The translations under genes and the position numbers were made by a program. Below the pieces are notes generated by a model. That model was not told the DNA's origin and searched no databases. It saw nothing but the letters and a program-made list of their open reading frames with translations. This document shows, piece by piece, positions 36,130-48,900 of a stretch of 64,000 nt of DNA (within the stretch, counting starts at the first letter, position 1; each line of letters opens with the position of its first letter). The DNA is from Haplodiscus bocki (taxonomy: Eukaryota): NCBI GenBank assembly GCA_965655095.1, contig OZ296658.1:51088001-51152000 (forward strand), written 5' to 3'.

Positions 36130-38830
36130 GTGGTTTATTGGTTTTAAAACAAAAAGGTTGACAAACCAACTTAAGGTAGGAGATGTTAATGTTCAGAAAG
36201 TTTTAAGGCTAATAAGTTCTACATGAAAAATAGGATATAGTTAGAGTAAAGTATGTAATTTTAGGTATGTGGTAATAAAAAAGGAAATTGGAAGAGAGTA
36301 ACATTAACAAATCCAATGACTGCTATACATCAGTGAGAAAAAATATTGACATGAAAGGTGTTAAATGCTTAGTCAGATGAGTCCTATAATTTTTAGGGTG
36401 TTTTTTTGAAGGAATGAGTGTATTATGAAAGTCACGATAATGTTTCAGTTTCTGAATTTATTCAGAGACTTCATCCTGTATTTTTTCAACATGTCCGTTG
36501 TTGGTTTTTTAAAAATTCAGCAAACAATGTGGGGTTAGGTTCCTGCAATAGAGTGCATAGAGTGCGAATGAATGCAAGATTTTTCAAGTGAATCATGCGA
36601 AGATGCATGTCAATTTGCAGGTGGTTGTGGTATTTGGTTGCGATAAATGAGTTTTGTGACTAAAAGGTCAAGTTGTGCAATTTTAATTGAAGAGGTTAGG
36701 AGATGCCTATAAAAGTGGAGTGCTGTAGGAGGGGTAGGTTGGGAGATCTAAGAGTGGAAAAGTTAGCCAGTTTGAGTGGTTAGTAGAGGAGGTGGTTGGT
36801 TATTGTAAAGGTAGAGATGCGGGTCATGTATTGAACGACCTTCACGTGGGACAATGAGAGGTTGGTTGGGTTTCTTTCTGAATTGTAGAAAAAAAATATT
36901 CTTTAGGAGGTTCATAAATCCGGATACGGCCATGCAAGTAAGGAGAGTTGAGTGTGTATTGAGCTGAGGTTGAATAGGTTGATGAGATTTAAGTGTGAGC
37001 GAAAATTCTTTAGTACGCTATGTGTGGTCAGTATAGAATTTTTCAAAGGACTATCGGTGTATTTTTTTATATGATTAAATCCGATCGAGTGAAGAGTTAG
37101 AAGTGGGTAAATTTAGTAGGTCAAAATTCTTGGGTTCAATAAAGTTAAATCTCAATTGCGTAAAGTTAAAGTTAGGTTTACACCAAAAAGCAAGAGTTAG
37201 TTGCCTTAGAGACATGTGAACATAGATGATCTTTAGTATAGTCTATTGCAAGGAGTGTAAATTGATTAATAGTTTCTTGCCTGTAGAATTAAGTTATTGT
37301 AGGGTTGTAGAGGATAGCAGGCGCCTATAACTGGGGGCTGTGAATATCACGGATTTCAGTAATTGTGGTGGGAAAAAACGTGTAGGTGGATGGATAGAAG
37401 GAGTGCATGGCATCGGTGATGTTATAGGCGTGGGCTGAAATTTGAGGTGTAGAACAGGAAGATAACATGCGTCGTTAGTGAATTGGCATGCAGGTGGAAT
37501 TTTGGGTCAAATCTATAGCGTGCATGGATTGGGTACTAGGAAAGCTAGTTAGAAACAAAGTAGACACGATAGACGGACAACGTGGATTGCTAAATAGGAG
37601 TGTAAATGATAATGAAGCAGTTCTGTTAACACATGCAGATTGACTTGTTAGTGGAGGTGCAAGGATTGATTTGAGATTTCGTGTAGCTTGGAAAGAAGTA
37701 GAGGTAGTTAAAATTGGTTGTTAGGAAGATTTAGTAGGAGTTATTTGTTGAGTGGTATCAGAAGGATTAGCAAAAAGTTTTTTTGGAGGGTTTTGACTGT
37801 TAGGTGGTATTACTAAAGTTTTTTGAATGTCTTGCAAATGAATATTTGATTGTGAAGGAGGAGAATGGTTCACAGGAGGAGGGGTTGCCAGAGACCATGT
37901 TGATGTCTGATTTTGAGGGATAGTAAGTTCGAGCGACGTCGAGTTGTTTGAGAGAATATTGTCGAAAGGTAGAAAAGCTGGTCTTCGTCTCAGACCGAAG
38001 TAGCGGGTTGGTGTTATTCTGAGGGTTGCATCGCAAAAAAATGAGAGGAGCCTTTTCAAATTAAAATGTTGATAAAATTTTATTACTTTGAGGTTAAAAG
38101 AGCTGCAAATCGAACCAAATTTTTTAAAATGAATGCTTTCTAAGGTAGCGAAGACATGTACAGCTCTGAAGGAATTAAGGTATTGGCCAGAATTCAGAAA
38201 AAGTTATTTTCGTCATCAGACATGCAGCGACAGTTAGTTCTGTGAGCTCTCAAATTATACTGGGAAATTTCAACTGAAGTCAGGCAGCTTCAGTTGAAGT
38301 TTTTCTTTAATTGACGTCAAATTTGTTTTTCTTTTTTTTGACGGCAACGTAGACAGCGAAGGTGTCACAGAGAATTGTTTTGGCGAGAATTTGTTGGAGA
38401 GTGTATTGTTTACCGAAAACGTCTTTTCTTTTTTGAGTTATTTAAAATTTTTGCTGAAACTTTTTGTGTGATCAACGGTTTCATGACGGTTGGGGCACCT
38501 TTGTTTGCAAGAAATCGTGCAAATAATTAATTTTTTTAATTAATTTTGTGAAATAGTTTACGAAGGTTCCTTTACGAAACTTCCCATTTGAAATTTGTTT
38601 TTGGTAACCCAAATCGGTGTTAAAAACATTGCAATTCGGTAATTTGTGGTAATGTAAAACTGTTATCATTTTAATTAGAAAAGTTTTGTGGAGATGGTTT
38701 TTAGGGTGGAACCGATGAGTTAATTTGGAGCGTCAGTTGGTTTTCTTTTTAGTAATTCTTGCATACATTTTGAATAATATTTTTGGGGTAGTAAGTCAAT
38801 TTGGTTAAATGATCTTTTAGATGGTGTGTT
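36130..38830 (-). pseudogene. Post-env orphan coding-like region, copy 2
   Basis: Collinear with 18.5-21.2 kb and 60.2-62.9 kb; ORF fragments 37721-38059 and 38481-38669. Confidence 0.55.
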
Positions 38831-38879
38831 TGAATAATCAATAGTTGAATTTTAAGAAACGAGGCCATTATAGGTATAA

Positions 38880-41286
38880 TATTTTATGTTGGAGTAACAA
38901 TTTCCCCTACGATATATTGGGTGGTTTCATTTGAAACACTAGGTTTGCTTCATGAATCTGTAATATTGGGGATGGTTGTATTAGAAGATGATTGATTCGG
39001 TGGAGTTGACTTTGGGTTTTCATCATTGCCCTTATTTTTTGGTGGATAGACTGTTCGTTTCAAAAAATTTTCTGCTGTTGATGTGAATAAAACTGCGAAA
39101 AAATTATCTGTGAGCCAAAAATTTGATTTATTTCATAGAGTATTTTTTACATAATTTAGAATTGTTACTGCAAAAAGAAGAAACTGATGCAAAGCATCTT
39201 TTAAAGCACATTTTGTTCCGAGGTAATAGGGTCAACCAAATGTGTTGAAATACATTGTTTTGAACCAGTTTCATTTAAAAATGTTTTTGAGGATAAATTA
39301 CTATCCGTTGATCCTATTCGCATTTGTTTTGTCCGATAGGATTGCCAAAAATCTTTTTTGTGGCCAGATTTTGGATTACTTTCGTCTAAGAAATCTTAGC
39401 TTGTTGTTTTACGAAAAAACTGACTTGTTTTGTCTGAATGCTGTGTCAACAGAATTGTATTCCCAAAATCTTTTATATGTTTAGGTGGGTAAAGGCCTCC
39501 AGTATGTGCAGAGAAAGTGCTTGGCTGAAGTGTACTTCGAAGATCTGAAGGTTTAAAATGAGTTGGAAGGTCCTGTTTTACTGGCATTGGTGTTGAAAAT
39601 TAATAACCATTTTCATCAGGGTTTACTGCATTGAAATTAGCTGGGTTACTATCACATGCGATTTCTATTTCTAACTATTATGATTGATGACTTACAGGAT
39701 CTACAGACTAGTGTGTATCCTGACAGTGAATTGGTTTTTTGACAAAGTATTTCTCCCTGTGAATATAAAAAGGAGAAATATAATGTTGGCTTTCACATAA
39801 CCGAAGCGAAACACATCGTTATGAAAAAATTATTTTTGTTTCCTGTTACTACCTCTCCTGCTGGAAAAAGTTTGGTTTCAGCTACGGAAAACAAACTCAA
39901 AATTTGAGTTCGTCAGATTCCACAAAGCTGGGTTAGTGTATTTCTTTCACTAATGGTCACGATCTCATATATATGGCTAACAATGTACTCAACTTTGGAA
40001 TTAAAATGTGCAGGTATGTCCAAGGCTTCAAATCTAATACTGGAGCTTCATCTATTTCTTCCTTCGCAAGATCATCGTTCGTTGATTTTTTCACTGCGGA
40101 TATCAACAGTAAAAAGAGCGGGTTCGCTGTCAAAAACTTCGTTCTTTTTCCAACTTATCGAGTTATTAACCACACGTGGGTGTTCTGGTAAATCTGTATG
40201 AAACTCAAAACCAATTGGATATCGGAAAAAGTTTTTTTCATACTGAGCTTCAAGTTATGGAGATTGTTGGTTGCAAAAAGACTTTATTTGTGGTAAAACT
40301 TCAAACCTTGTATTTGGGTCACCGGGAATTTTTTTGAAAAGTGAGTCGGCTGCGCCCAATTTTTCTTCATTTTGTCAATTTGATAAAGATTCTATCCAAT
40401 TTCGGTTCTGGCTTTGGTTAGTTCTGCTTCAATTTGATGAGGAAAATAAACAAAGTAATGGTCATTCTGAAACTAAAGTATTGATGCAGAAAAAAGGACA
40501 GTTTGTTGACAATATTCGTCTTTGTTTAGATGAGATATAGATCGGCCATTATAACCTATTTGGTTTTGTTTGTATTTTCGACTTTTTCCTTGTTAGAAAT
40601 ATTAACTTCCAACTAAAAATGATATTAAAAAGTTCATTCAGTTGGGATTTACAAAATTATTGTATTTTTGTGAATTATCTTTTGTCCATGTTTTTAACAT
40701 AGATTTAAGGTTTTACACCCAAACTCCATAGAAGTCTAGACCAAAGATTTTGCTGACATTTTGCTTTGAATAATAGGTATTAGTTCCGTTGATCGAAATC
40801 TATAAGAACAGCGATTGGTTAAGGAGGTTCGATAGTTTTGTTTTATCGTTTGTTGGGAAGATACAGAAGACAATCTAGATAATTTCGGCAGTCGCTGCGC
40901 CTAATAGCGTGGTATCTGAACATTGTTCTTCGGTAGAAACTTTGGCAGTCACGGTAATGGTTCGTGCTAGCGCCTTATCCGCAAAGATTCGTATTTTGGT
41001 ACCCTGTGATAGTTATTGCTTTAGCTCCGTTAAGCAGATTATCACGTGTTTTTTTTTGGCAGCATCGAATGGATTTTCACTACAATCAACAACTTGATTT
41101 GGGCTAAAATGGTGCAAAATAAAATTAGGACGTTCTCTACAGTGATAATGACATGCCACTAGATCGTTTGTTGTGGTGGATTTTCTCGGAAAAATCAGGA
41201 GGATAGTCGACACGAGGAGATAATGGATTCTTAGTAATAGAGAGCTGAAGAGTCAAAAAGAATATGGATAAAATCATTCTGAACAT
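38880..41286 (-). pseudogene. env: Full-length decayed env (~800 codons), class III fusion protein-like (gB/chuvirus G type)
   Basis: Signal peptide MFRMILSIFFLTLQLSIT; YHC..HFSPNQVVDC; TRFEVLP..FC; HFNSKVEYIVSHIY..ERNTLTQLC..RTQIL helix; GNKNNFF; VDPVSHQ..EIACDSNP; TM-like segment near 39.1-39.25 kb. Confidence 0.78.
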
Positions 41287-41310
41287 GGGTTTTAGAAAGT
41301 ATTGGTACCG

Positions 41311-41781
41311 TGTGCGGAATATCAACAGGATCAACAAGAAATTTCTGTCTCCAACAAACAATGGAAGCAGGAAAGTTTTCATAACTGATTTCTGGACTTA
41401 AATGGTATTGGATGGACATGTTTGTGAAAAACTGTACACTCTCCAGCTTACTACATCTCAATTTAAAACGACTGTTTCTGAATATCATTTGTTTCAGTGT
41501 GTATTGGAGCTCATTTCCGCCCTGAATAACGTTCTCTTTAACATGACATAATTCGACCAACTGGCAAAAGAACACTTCTACATTTATCAATATTAGTGAA
41601 AAATACAACTGAATCATCATTAAGATTTTTTCAAGATTTTGTGAGACTAAGAAACAAAATTTGTTTCGCCGTTAGCGGCATTGGAACCCCAGACACTGGA
41701 ATCTCAGTCCCACACTCTAACTCTAAACCATCGGTCCTCGTAAGAGTACTTTTTTTCTTTTATATACATTGCTTTGCAACA
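41311..41781 (-). repeat. BEL 3' LTR type T
   Basis: Directly follows the BEL integrase tail and PPT-like CCGGAGAA; TGTTGC start, CCGCACA end, then CGGTAC. Confidence 0.7.
41667..41736 (-). ncRNA. tRNA-like Pol III unit in LTR-T (copy 2)
   Basis: GACCGATGGTTTAGAGTTAGAGTGTGGGACTGAGATTCCAGTGTCTGGGGTTCCAATGCCGCTAACGGCG followed by TTTT. Confidence 0.55.
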
Positions 41782-41914
41782 TTCTCCGGGTTCAAAAAAT
41801 TGGCCAAGAGCAGAAATTTAACTGAACATCATTGCGTTTTTTTCAATTTTTCTAGAATCATATAAATAATCAGAGAATTTGCTTATATAGATTCAGAATT
41901 AACGTGGCAAAGGA

Positions 41915-44900
41915 TCAACGAAAAAAGTTTACGAGGGATCCGGGGGTGGTAAAACATGAGCGGGTTTTACAATTGAACGTATCAGATTTCCCGACAACGT
42001 TTTTATTTCTGGTTCTAGCAATGGCGTCACCAACGTAATTTAATTTGACAACACCTGCAAGCGTGTAGTATCCTCTTGGACCAGTAGCTTCAACAATCCA
42101 AACCAGATCGCCGGTTCTCAGGTCTTGGTCTATCGACGAAAACCAATTGGATCGGTGATTCAAAAGCGGGACGTACTCTCTGAACCATCGACTTCAGATC
42201 GTAACGTTTTCTGTGGTCAAAATCGCTACTCAGAGTTGATGGTAAACTTGAGCCGGATCTTCCTAGCAGGAAGTGGCTGGAGTCAAAACATCCAATTCAG
42301 TCGCATCAGCATTTGTTTGAATTAGTGGACGGGAGTTTCGAATTTGTTCAGCTAGACAGAATGTAGTCGTCAGAATCCCGTCGGTTGTGGGGTCCTTCCG
42401 CCACAAAAAACCGAGAGACGGTCGGTCGTTTGGAATTGCTTTTTTTTGAAAAAAACTTTCCCTCGATGTCAGCAGAAACTGCATACGAGTACCTGTGGTG
42501 ACGGAATAGCAGACGAATAAGGTTTTGCAACAGGTGACGCCCCTGTTAGAAGTGCACTGGTGAGCGGATGGCCATGAAATTCAGCTGTGCCGTTGAGGAC
42601 TCGTCGTAATTCGCCGGGTTTGTGCGGGTGATACACAAGGTGATGTGGTAAACACCCTTCACGGGGTTGGTCGATCTTAAAATAAACGCAATTTTTGACT
42701 GCGACGATATAACTATTTGAAAGATTGTCAGTTTTGGTCGTAGAATACTGCTCTTCTAAATTCGGATCTTTCCGAAGACAGCGTTCAAGGGACTTGAGCT
42801 GAATTAATTCCGAAATATAGTTGTTCGACATTATATTTTTTGTGATTAGCTCAAAGCACACCAACGTGATATCGGGATCTATCGTGGTATGTAGTTTCTT
42901 GGAGGGTCTTCTGTGCTCGCGCATGCGCTGCGGAGCACACGTCGACTTCTTTTTAAGACCCGCATTACTCGATGTCATACCAAGTACGGATTTCGGCAAC
43001 TACATTTGAATTGGATTCTCTTTGAGTAACAGCCTTGAAGCTTGTCGGTAGTAGAACAGACGTCGAGGGTATTGGACTAATCAATACCTACCCCAACAGT
43101 AAACGGACGGCTAATGGAGTATTGTTTCGGTGGTATCAAAATACTCAATGGGCGGATAGAGAGGAACATATCCTGACCAAGAATCATTTCGACATCTCCA
43201 TGACTTTACTTTTCCAAAGAAATTGGTTATATTTGCCGATATTGGACTTGTAGTGAATCGAAATCAATTACTTCGGTTCCAACGTTCAAGTCTTTTCTCA
43301 CATACGGCTTGGCCTTAAAAGACGGGCAAGAGCTACCCGAAAGAACCGGTGTCAACTTCAACTGGACAAGTTGTGTGTCAATGGTTTGATGTGGTTTATT
43401 TCCGTGAACTGTGTGTATCAAAACTGTGCCTTGCACATTCAATTTTTTCAACCAAATTCTGGGAAGAATACGAGGTATTGCATGCAGAATTACAGGGGAC
43501 AAGGACTTTTTGAATTGGGAAGGATGATTGCAAAAGGACCTCAGTAATTTGCAATAGTCCGTTAACATTCGCCTTGAAGACATGCCGGGGCTCTCATCTG
43601 TTTTGTTCTGTACATCTGTTACAATGCCTACCGTAATTTCCTCAGTTTAGTCAGTTCTTTGCCGTTTTTTGTCGAAAAGTTCTTTCGGAGCCATGGAGCA
43701 AGGTATTATGACTGTTTGAGCAGCCTTGCTTGAAAAGCGTGCACGATTTTGGGCATTTGCGGAAAGAATGTGGCCTAATCAAGCATCGAAAACAAGGGTT
43801 GTTGTCTGCAACTAATTTCGTCCGTTGGGTAGTCGTCTTTCCAAGGAACACCGGACAACGCCACAAGGGTTGCTTTTCTTTACAAGCAGTACAATTAGTG
43901 GTCGAATGTCCGCTTTGTCTCCCATTGATGTTGTTTGATTGGAGCTGGCTGACGCAAATTTTTTGGTTCCGGTCTTCATTCTGATAACAATAGCAGATGG
44001 GTTGCTGTCTTCGGTTTTCGGTTTTTCTCAGTACAATTTATTTCTCTCATGTGCCTCTGCTTTGTTCTTCAACCAAACCTCGAATTTGAGTGTTGTCGGA
44101 CGATTTCAGTTCTTCTTCACGATATGCATTGATTGAGATCCTTTCAGCTTTGGTGGAATTTTTCTGTGTCGCTTGGCCCAAAAGTGATGCACTCGGGAGA
44201 TAAGGATGGTGGTGCAATGACCGAAAAACTCCTCTTAAAGCAGTAATTGTCGCCGAATAACTGATGAAACTTCCATTCATATGCCTTTTCAGTGGTGGAA
44301 GTTTGCTGAGTTTGTACATTTAAGCACTCACCACTGACTGTGGCTGCCCGAGTTCCGTTCTAATGTCTTCATTGCGCCCTTGTACGAAGTTCCGCAGTGA
44401 GGAAATTCTGCAATCGACGTCTTTGCCTGGCCAGTCACTAGAGTCTTTGATTACATCAATTTAACACCGTCCGTTAGTGGAGCTGAGTGAAGGGCACTCT
44501 TAAACTGGCCTAGCCATTTGAGCCCTTGTAAAGGATCTCCGCTATTTTGCGCCAGTTTCCACTGCGGTCAATAGTCTTTTCTTGAGGACGCCAGCAGTTG
44601 AGCTCAATCTTGTACCCTGAAAGCAGTAGGTTCCGTTCAAGGCAATAGACCCAGCGGGTACAACTTCGGGTCCTCCAACTGTCATCGGAGCTGTTAAAAC
44701 AACGATGTTTGGTATAGCACTTCCTACAAAGTTCGGTCCTGAGGATGAATTCAATTGGTAAACACTGCCACCACCTGTTACAGGAACCACTTGTAGAACT
44801 GTAGCGTTGTTGTCACTATCCGTTTTTGGTGCTCTTGAAAAGTTTGCGGAGTTGACTATGATATGGCAACATTTGGCTGTGAAGATCCGGTCGTTGGAAA

Positions 44901-45993
44901 TTTCCATGCTGAAAGTTTTGGCAAAACTTGGTTGGCTAGCACGGTAAAACTTGAGTTTGGTTTCGAATTGACTATCTTTTGTTGAGCTCAATGACTCAGA
45001 ATCAAGCTTTGTTGGTTCTAATTGAGGTTGAGTGGCATGCGATTGAACGCAGTATTGGGCCTTGTTTTATGATGACTGAAACGGATTTGTCCTATCTTGA
45101 ACAAAAACGGAAGTCGGAGTAATTTCAGTCGCATCGTTGGAAGGAATCCCCATTAGAAGCACTCCAACTGATACAAAACATGGACTTGGTTGCAATCTGT
45201 CTGCATCTTTCTGTTTCTACAGTAGAGTCTTGCACCTTAGTAAGTTGATTTTTGACATCGGTTGACGCGTTAGTAACCCATTTATTTATTCTTATAAATT
45301 TTACACTTTGACTGTGCGCAATAAGTTCGGACAAAGCATCTGGCAGGATTTGGCTGGTTTTCGAGACATCTTCGATTAGTTCTAAATCAGTCAATGTTGC
45401 TTCCACCAGTCTCCTTGTTTTATCTTCTTCCAGTTCAACAAGCATCAACGCTTGTTCTTTTTTCATTCTCTCCTCTTTCTGCTTGAGCCACTGAAGGTCA
45501 ACTTCTTGGTTCTGCTGAACCAGACGCATTATACCTACGTTCTGTTTGTCCTTTTCTCGCGTCGGTGTATTGCAATGAAAGGTTCCTGCTCTCACCGGCT
45601 AGATGTCTTAGAAATTCCAGATGTGGAGGTTTTGAAGTCTGAGAAGCAGACTTGGCTTTCTGATCGGTTTTGACGGAAGACTGAGAAGTTTTATGCGTTT
45701 TAGGAAGGCCATCGATATACTCACGAGCTTTTTTAAAAACTTTGTCGTTGTCCAGAGTCACGTCGCTCGGCCAGCTTTTCAATGCTTCGGGATCTGTAGT
45801 TTTATTTGCGAAAGAGTACAATTGGTCGTCTTTACTAAATGATTTCGTCATTGCCCTTTCGCACGATTTAACCAAACGTTCAACTCTTACATTCTTTCCT
45901 GCGTTATCTACAGCTTCCATTATTTTTGCTGGTACCTTTTCAACTCCGCCTCCACTTTCGCACGAATTTCATAAAGTTTTTTCAGGTTTTCAT
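41915..45993 (-). pseudogene. BEL/Pao polyprotein with internal deletion (gag, protease, RT N-half fused to IN C-terminus)
   Basis: DUF1759 gag; WRCPVF..CFRCL..HSFRKC..C..HNTLLH; RT LPHHLVYHPHKPGELRRVLNG, YAVSADIEG, FLWRKDP; DUF5641-type LRTGDLVWIVE..PRGYY. Confidence 0.9.
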
Positions 45994-48900
45994 GTTGTAA
46001 AACAGGCATCGCCAAATTAGGCTTCGGTTTTCCTACGTTTAAGGGATATTTCTAGGCTAATTGAAGGTGGCAAAACAAATAAAAGACAGGAAGTTCTTTT
46101 ATTTTTTGTATTTTGAAAAGTAGTTACGAACTACAAAGGGGTTTATGAAGACCGGGTTACGTAAACAGAAATTTTCTAAGGCTTTAGACTTCACCCAGTC
46201 AGCGGAGTCTGGACAATATCGCTAAGGTGAACAAAAAGTAGGGGGATATGACCTTTGAGGTATCAACTTGACAATGAAGTCTGGCCGCAATCGTGAAAAA
46301 GTGTTTGAAGCTGTTGAGAAATTAACCATTCAATGAAGTGTGGACGCAACTCCAGCAGCTGAAAAAAGGAGGGGGTTTACGAAAGGGAAAAAGTGACGTT
46401 CGTTTACTTTTGAGCGTTTCGTGTACGCTTATTAGGTCTTTTCGGTCGGATTTCAGAAGTAATTGAAGAGAGATCACTTTTTTCTTCTAAAAAAATCTAT
46501 GTTCATCATTTCAATCTCAAGTCTATGGTGTAACGTTCGCAACTGGTTCAAAAGATTGGGACTAATTTGCTTTCTTACGGAGAAAAATCATTTAAAATGC
46601 TGAACTCTTGAATAAAAAAGCCTAATTGCGTTTCTTGCAGTGAATCAAATATATCGGGCGTACGGCCACGCTGGCAATACACAAGAGCACTGAGCTTGTC
46701 CTGAAGAGTTTGCAAAATATTTATCAGATTCGGTACTGATAATGGTCGGTAATTTTTACTTTTTTTTCTACAAATGCTTTTATTCAGCACATCGTGCCTA
46801 ACAGCAACCTAGGTTTTACCTTTCAGATCCTTCAAAAATAAATTTTGCACAAAGTTTCTCGGTCTTATCGCTTAGGCTTAGGACTTAGGCCCGGGATAGC
46901 GTAAACTTTTTACTTCTACTTTGATTGTTGTTCAGAGCTCAATGCGTATGTCGCAAGATGAAAAGAACTTTAAGAAATTGTCAACGATTTTCATTTGAAA
47001 ACGTGTTTTTTTAAAGAAAAATTGGGGGCTTTAGAGTAAACAACCGGATACTGGGAATATATCACAGGCTGTGAAAACAAAAATGCAAAATTTTCGGAAA
47101 GATTTTCGAAAAAATTTTTACAAGTCTTGAACTCGAAAGTATAAAATTTGAGATATCAAAGGTTTAAAACTCAAGTTTAATCAAACCGGAACCGGTATTA
47201 CTCTCGTTCTTTCAGTTCCTCACGTGCTTGAGATAGTTCGAGATATTGCTCGTCTACACAGGTGAGGTGTTGGACAATCCACAGTTTCATTCGCTTCATC
47301 AACCGAATTGTGATCTTCATCTACCAAAAGTTTTTTCAGGTTTTCATGTTGTGAAGCAGGCAACGCCAAATTAGGCGTCGGTTTTCCTACGTTTTAAGGG
47401 ATATTTCTAGGCTAATTGAAGGTGGCAAAACAAATAAAAGATGGGAAATCCTTTTATTCTTTGTATTTTGAAAAGTAGTTACGAACTACAAAGGGGTTTA
47501 TGAAGACCGGGTTACGTAAACAGAAATTTTCTGAGGCCTTAGGACTAAGCCCAGTCAGCGGAGTCTGGACAATATCACTAAGGTGAACAAAAGTTAGGGT
47601 GATATGACCTTTGAGGTATCAACTTGACAATGAAGTCTGGACGCAATTGTGAAAAAGTGTTTGAAGCTGTTTAGAAATCAACCATCCAATGAAGTGTGGA
47701 CGCAACTCCAGCAGCTGAAAAAACGAGGGGGTTTACGAAAGGGAAAAAGTGACGTTCGTTTTCTTTTGAGCTTTTCGTGTACGCTTATTAGGTCTTTTCG
47801 GTCGGCTTTTAGCAGTAATTGAGGAGAGATCACTTTTTTCTTCTGAAAAAAATCTATGTTCATCAATTCAATCTCAAGTCTATGGTGTAATGTTCTCAAC
47901 GGGTTCAAAAGATTGGGACTAATTTGCTTTCTTACGGAGAAAAATCATTGGAAATGCTGAACTCTTGAATAAAAAAGCTTATTTGCGTTTCTTGGAGTGA
48001 ATCAAATATATCAGGCGTACGGCCACGCTGGCAATACACAAGAGCACTGAGCTTGTCCTGAGGAGTTTGCAAAATATTTATCAGATTCGGTACTGATAAT
48101 GGTCGGTAATTATTACTTTTTTTTCTACAAATGCTTTTATTCAGCACATCGTGCCAAACAACAACCTAGGTTTTATCTTTCAGATCTTTCAAAAAAAATT
48201 TGCACAAATTTTCTCGGTCTTATCGCTTACGGTTTAGGACTTAGGCCCGGGATAGCGTAAACTTTTTACTTCTACTTTGATTGTTGTTCAGAGCTCAATG
48301 CGTATGTCGCAAGATGGATAGAACTTTAAGAAATTGTCAACGATTTTCATTTGAAAACGTGTTTTTTTAAAGAAAAATTCGGGGCTTTAGAGTAAACAAC
48401 CGGATACTAGGAATAGATAACAGGCTGTGAAAACACAAATGCAAAATTTTCGGAAAGATTTTCGAAAAAATTTTTACAAGTCTTGAACTCGAAAAAATAA
48501 AATTTGAGACATCAAAGGTTTAAAACTCAAGTTTAATCAAACCGGAACCGGTATTAATCTCGTTCTTTCGGTTCCTCACGTGCTTGAGATAGTTTGAGAT
48601 ATTGCTCGTCTACACAGGTGAGGTGTTGGACAATCTACAGTTTAATTTGCTTCATCAACCGAATTGTGATCTTCATCTAACAAAAGTTCTTTCAGGTTTT
48701 CATGTTGTGAAGCAGGCAACACCAACTTACGCGTCGGTTTCCCTACGTTTTAAGGGATATTTCTAGGCTAATTGAAGGTGGCAAAACAAAAAAAAATGGG
48801 AAGTTCTTTTATTCTTTGTATTTTGAAAAGTAGTTACGAACTACAAAGGGGTTTATGAAGACCGGGTTACGTAAACAGAAATTTTCTAAGGCTTTAGACT

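Noticed and set aside
41231-41620. ~125-aa ORF kept in two copies (also 27530-27901) as a possible accessory gene before env
   Set aside because: It lies across the LTR-T sequence and overlaps the env start out of frame; the starts differ and it has no motif. Probably incidental, though not fully excluded.
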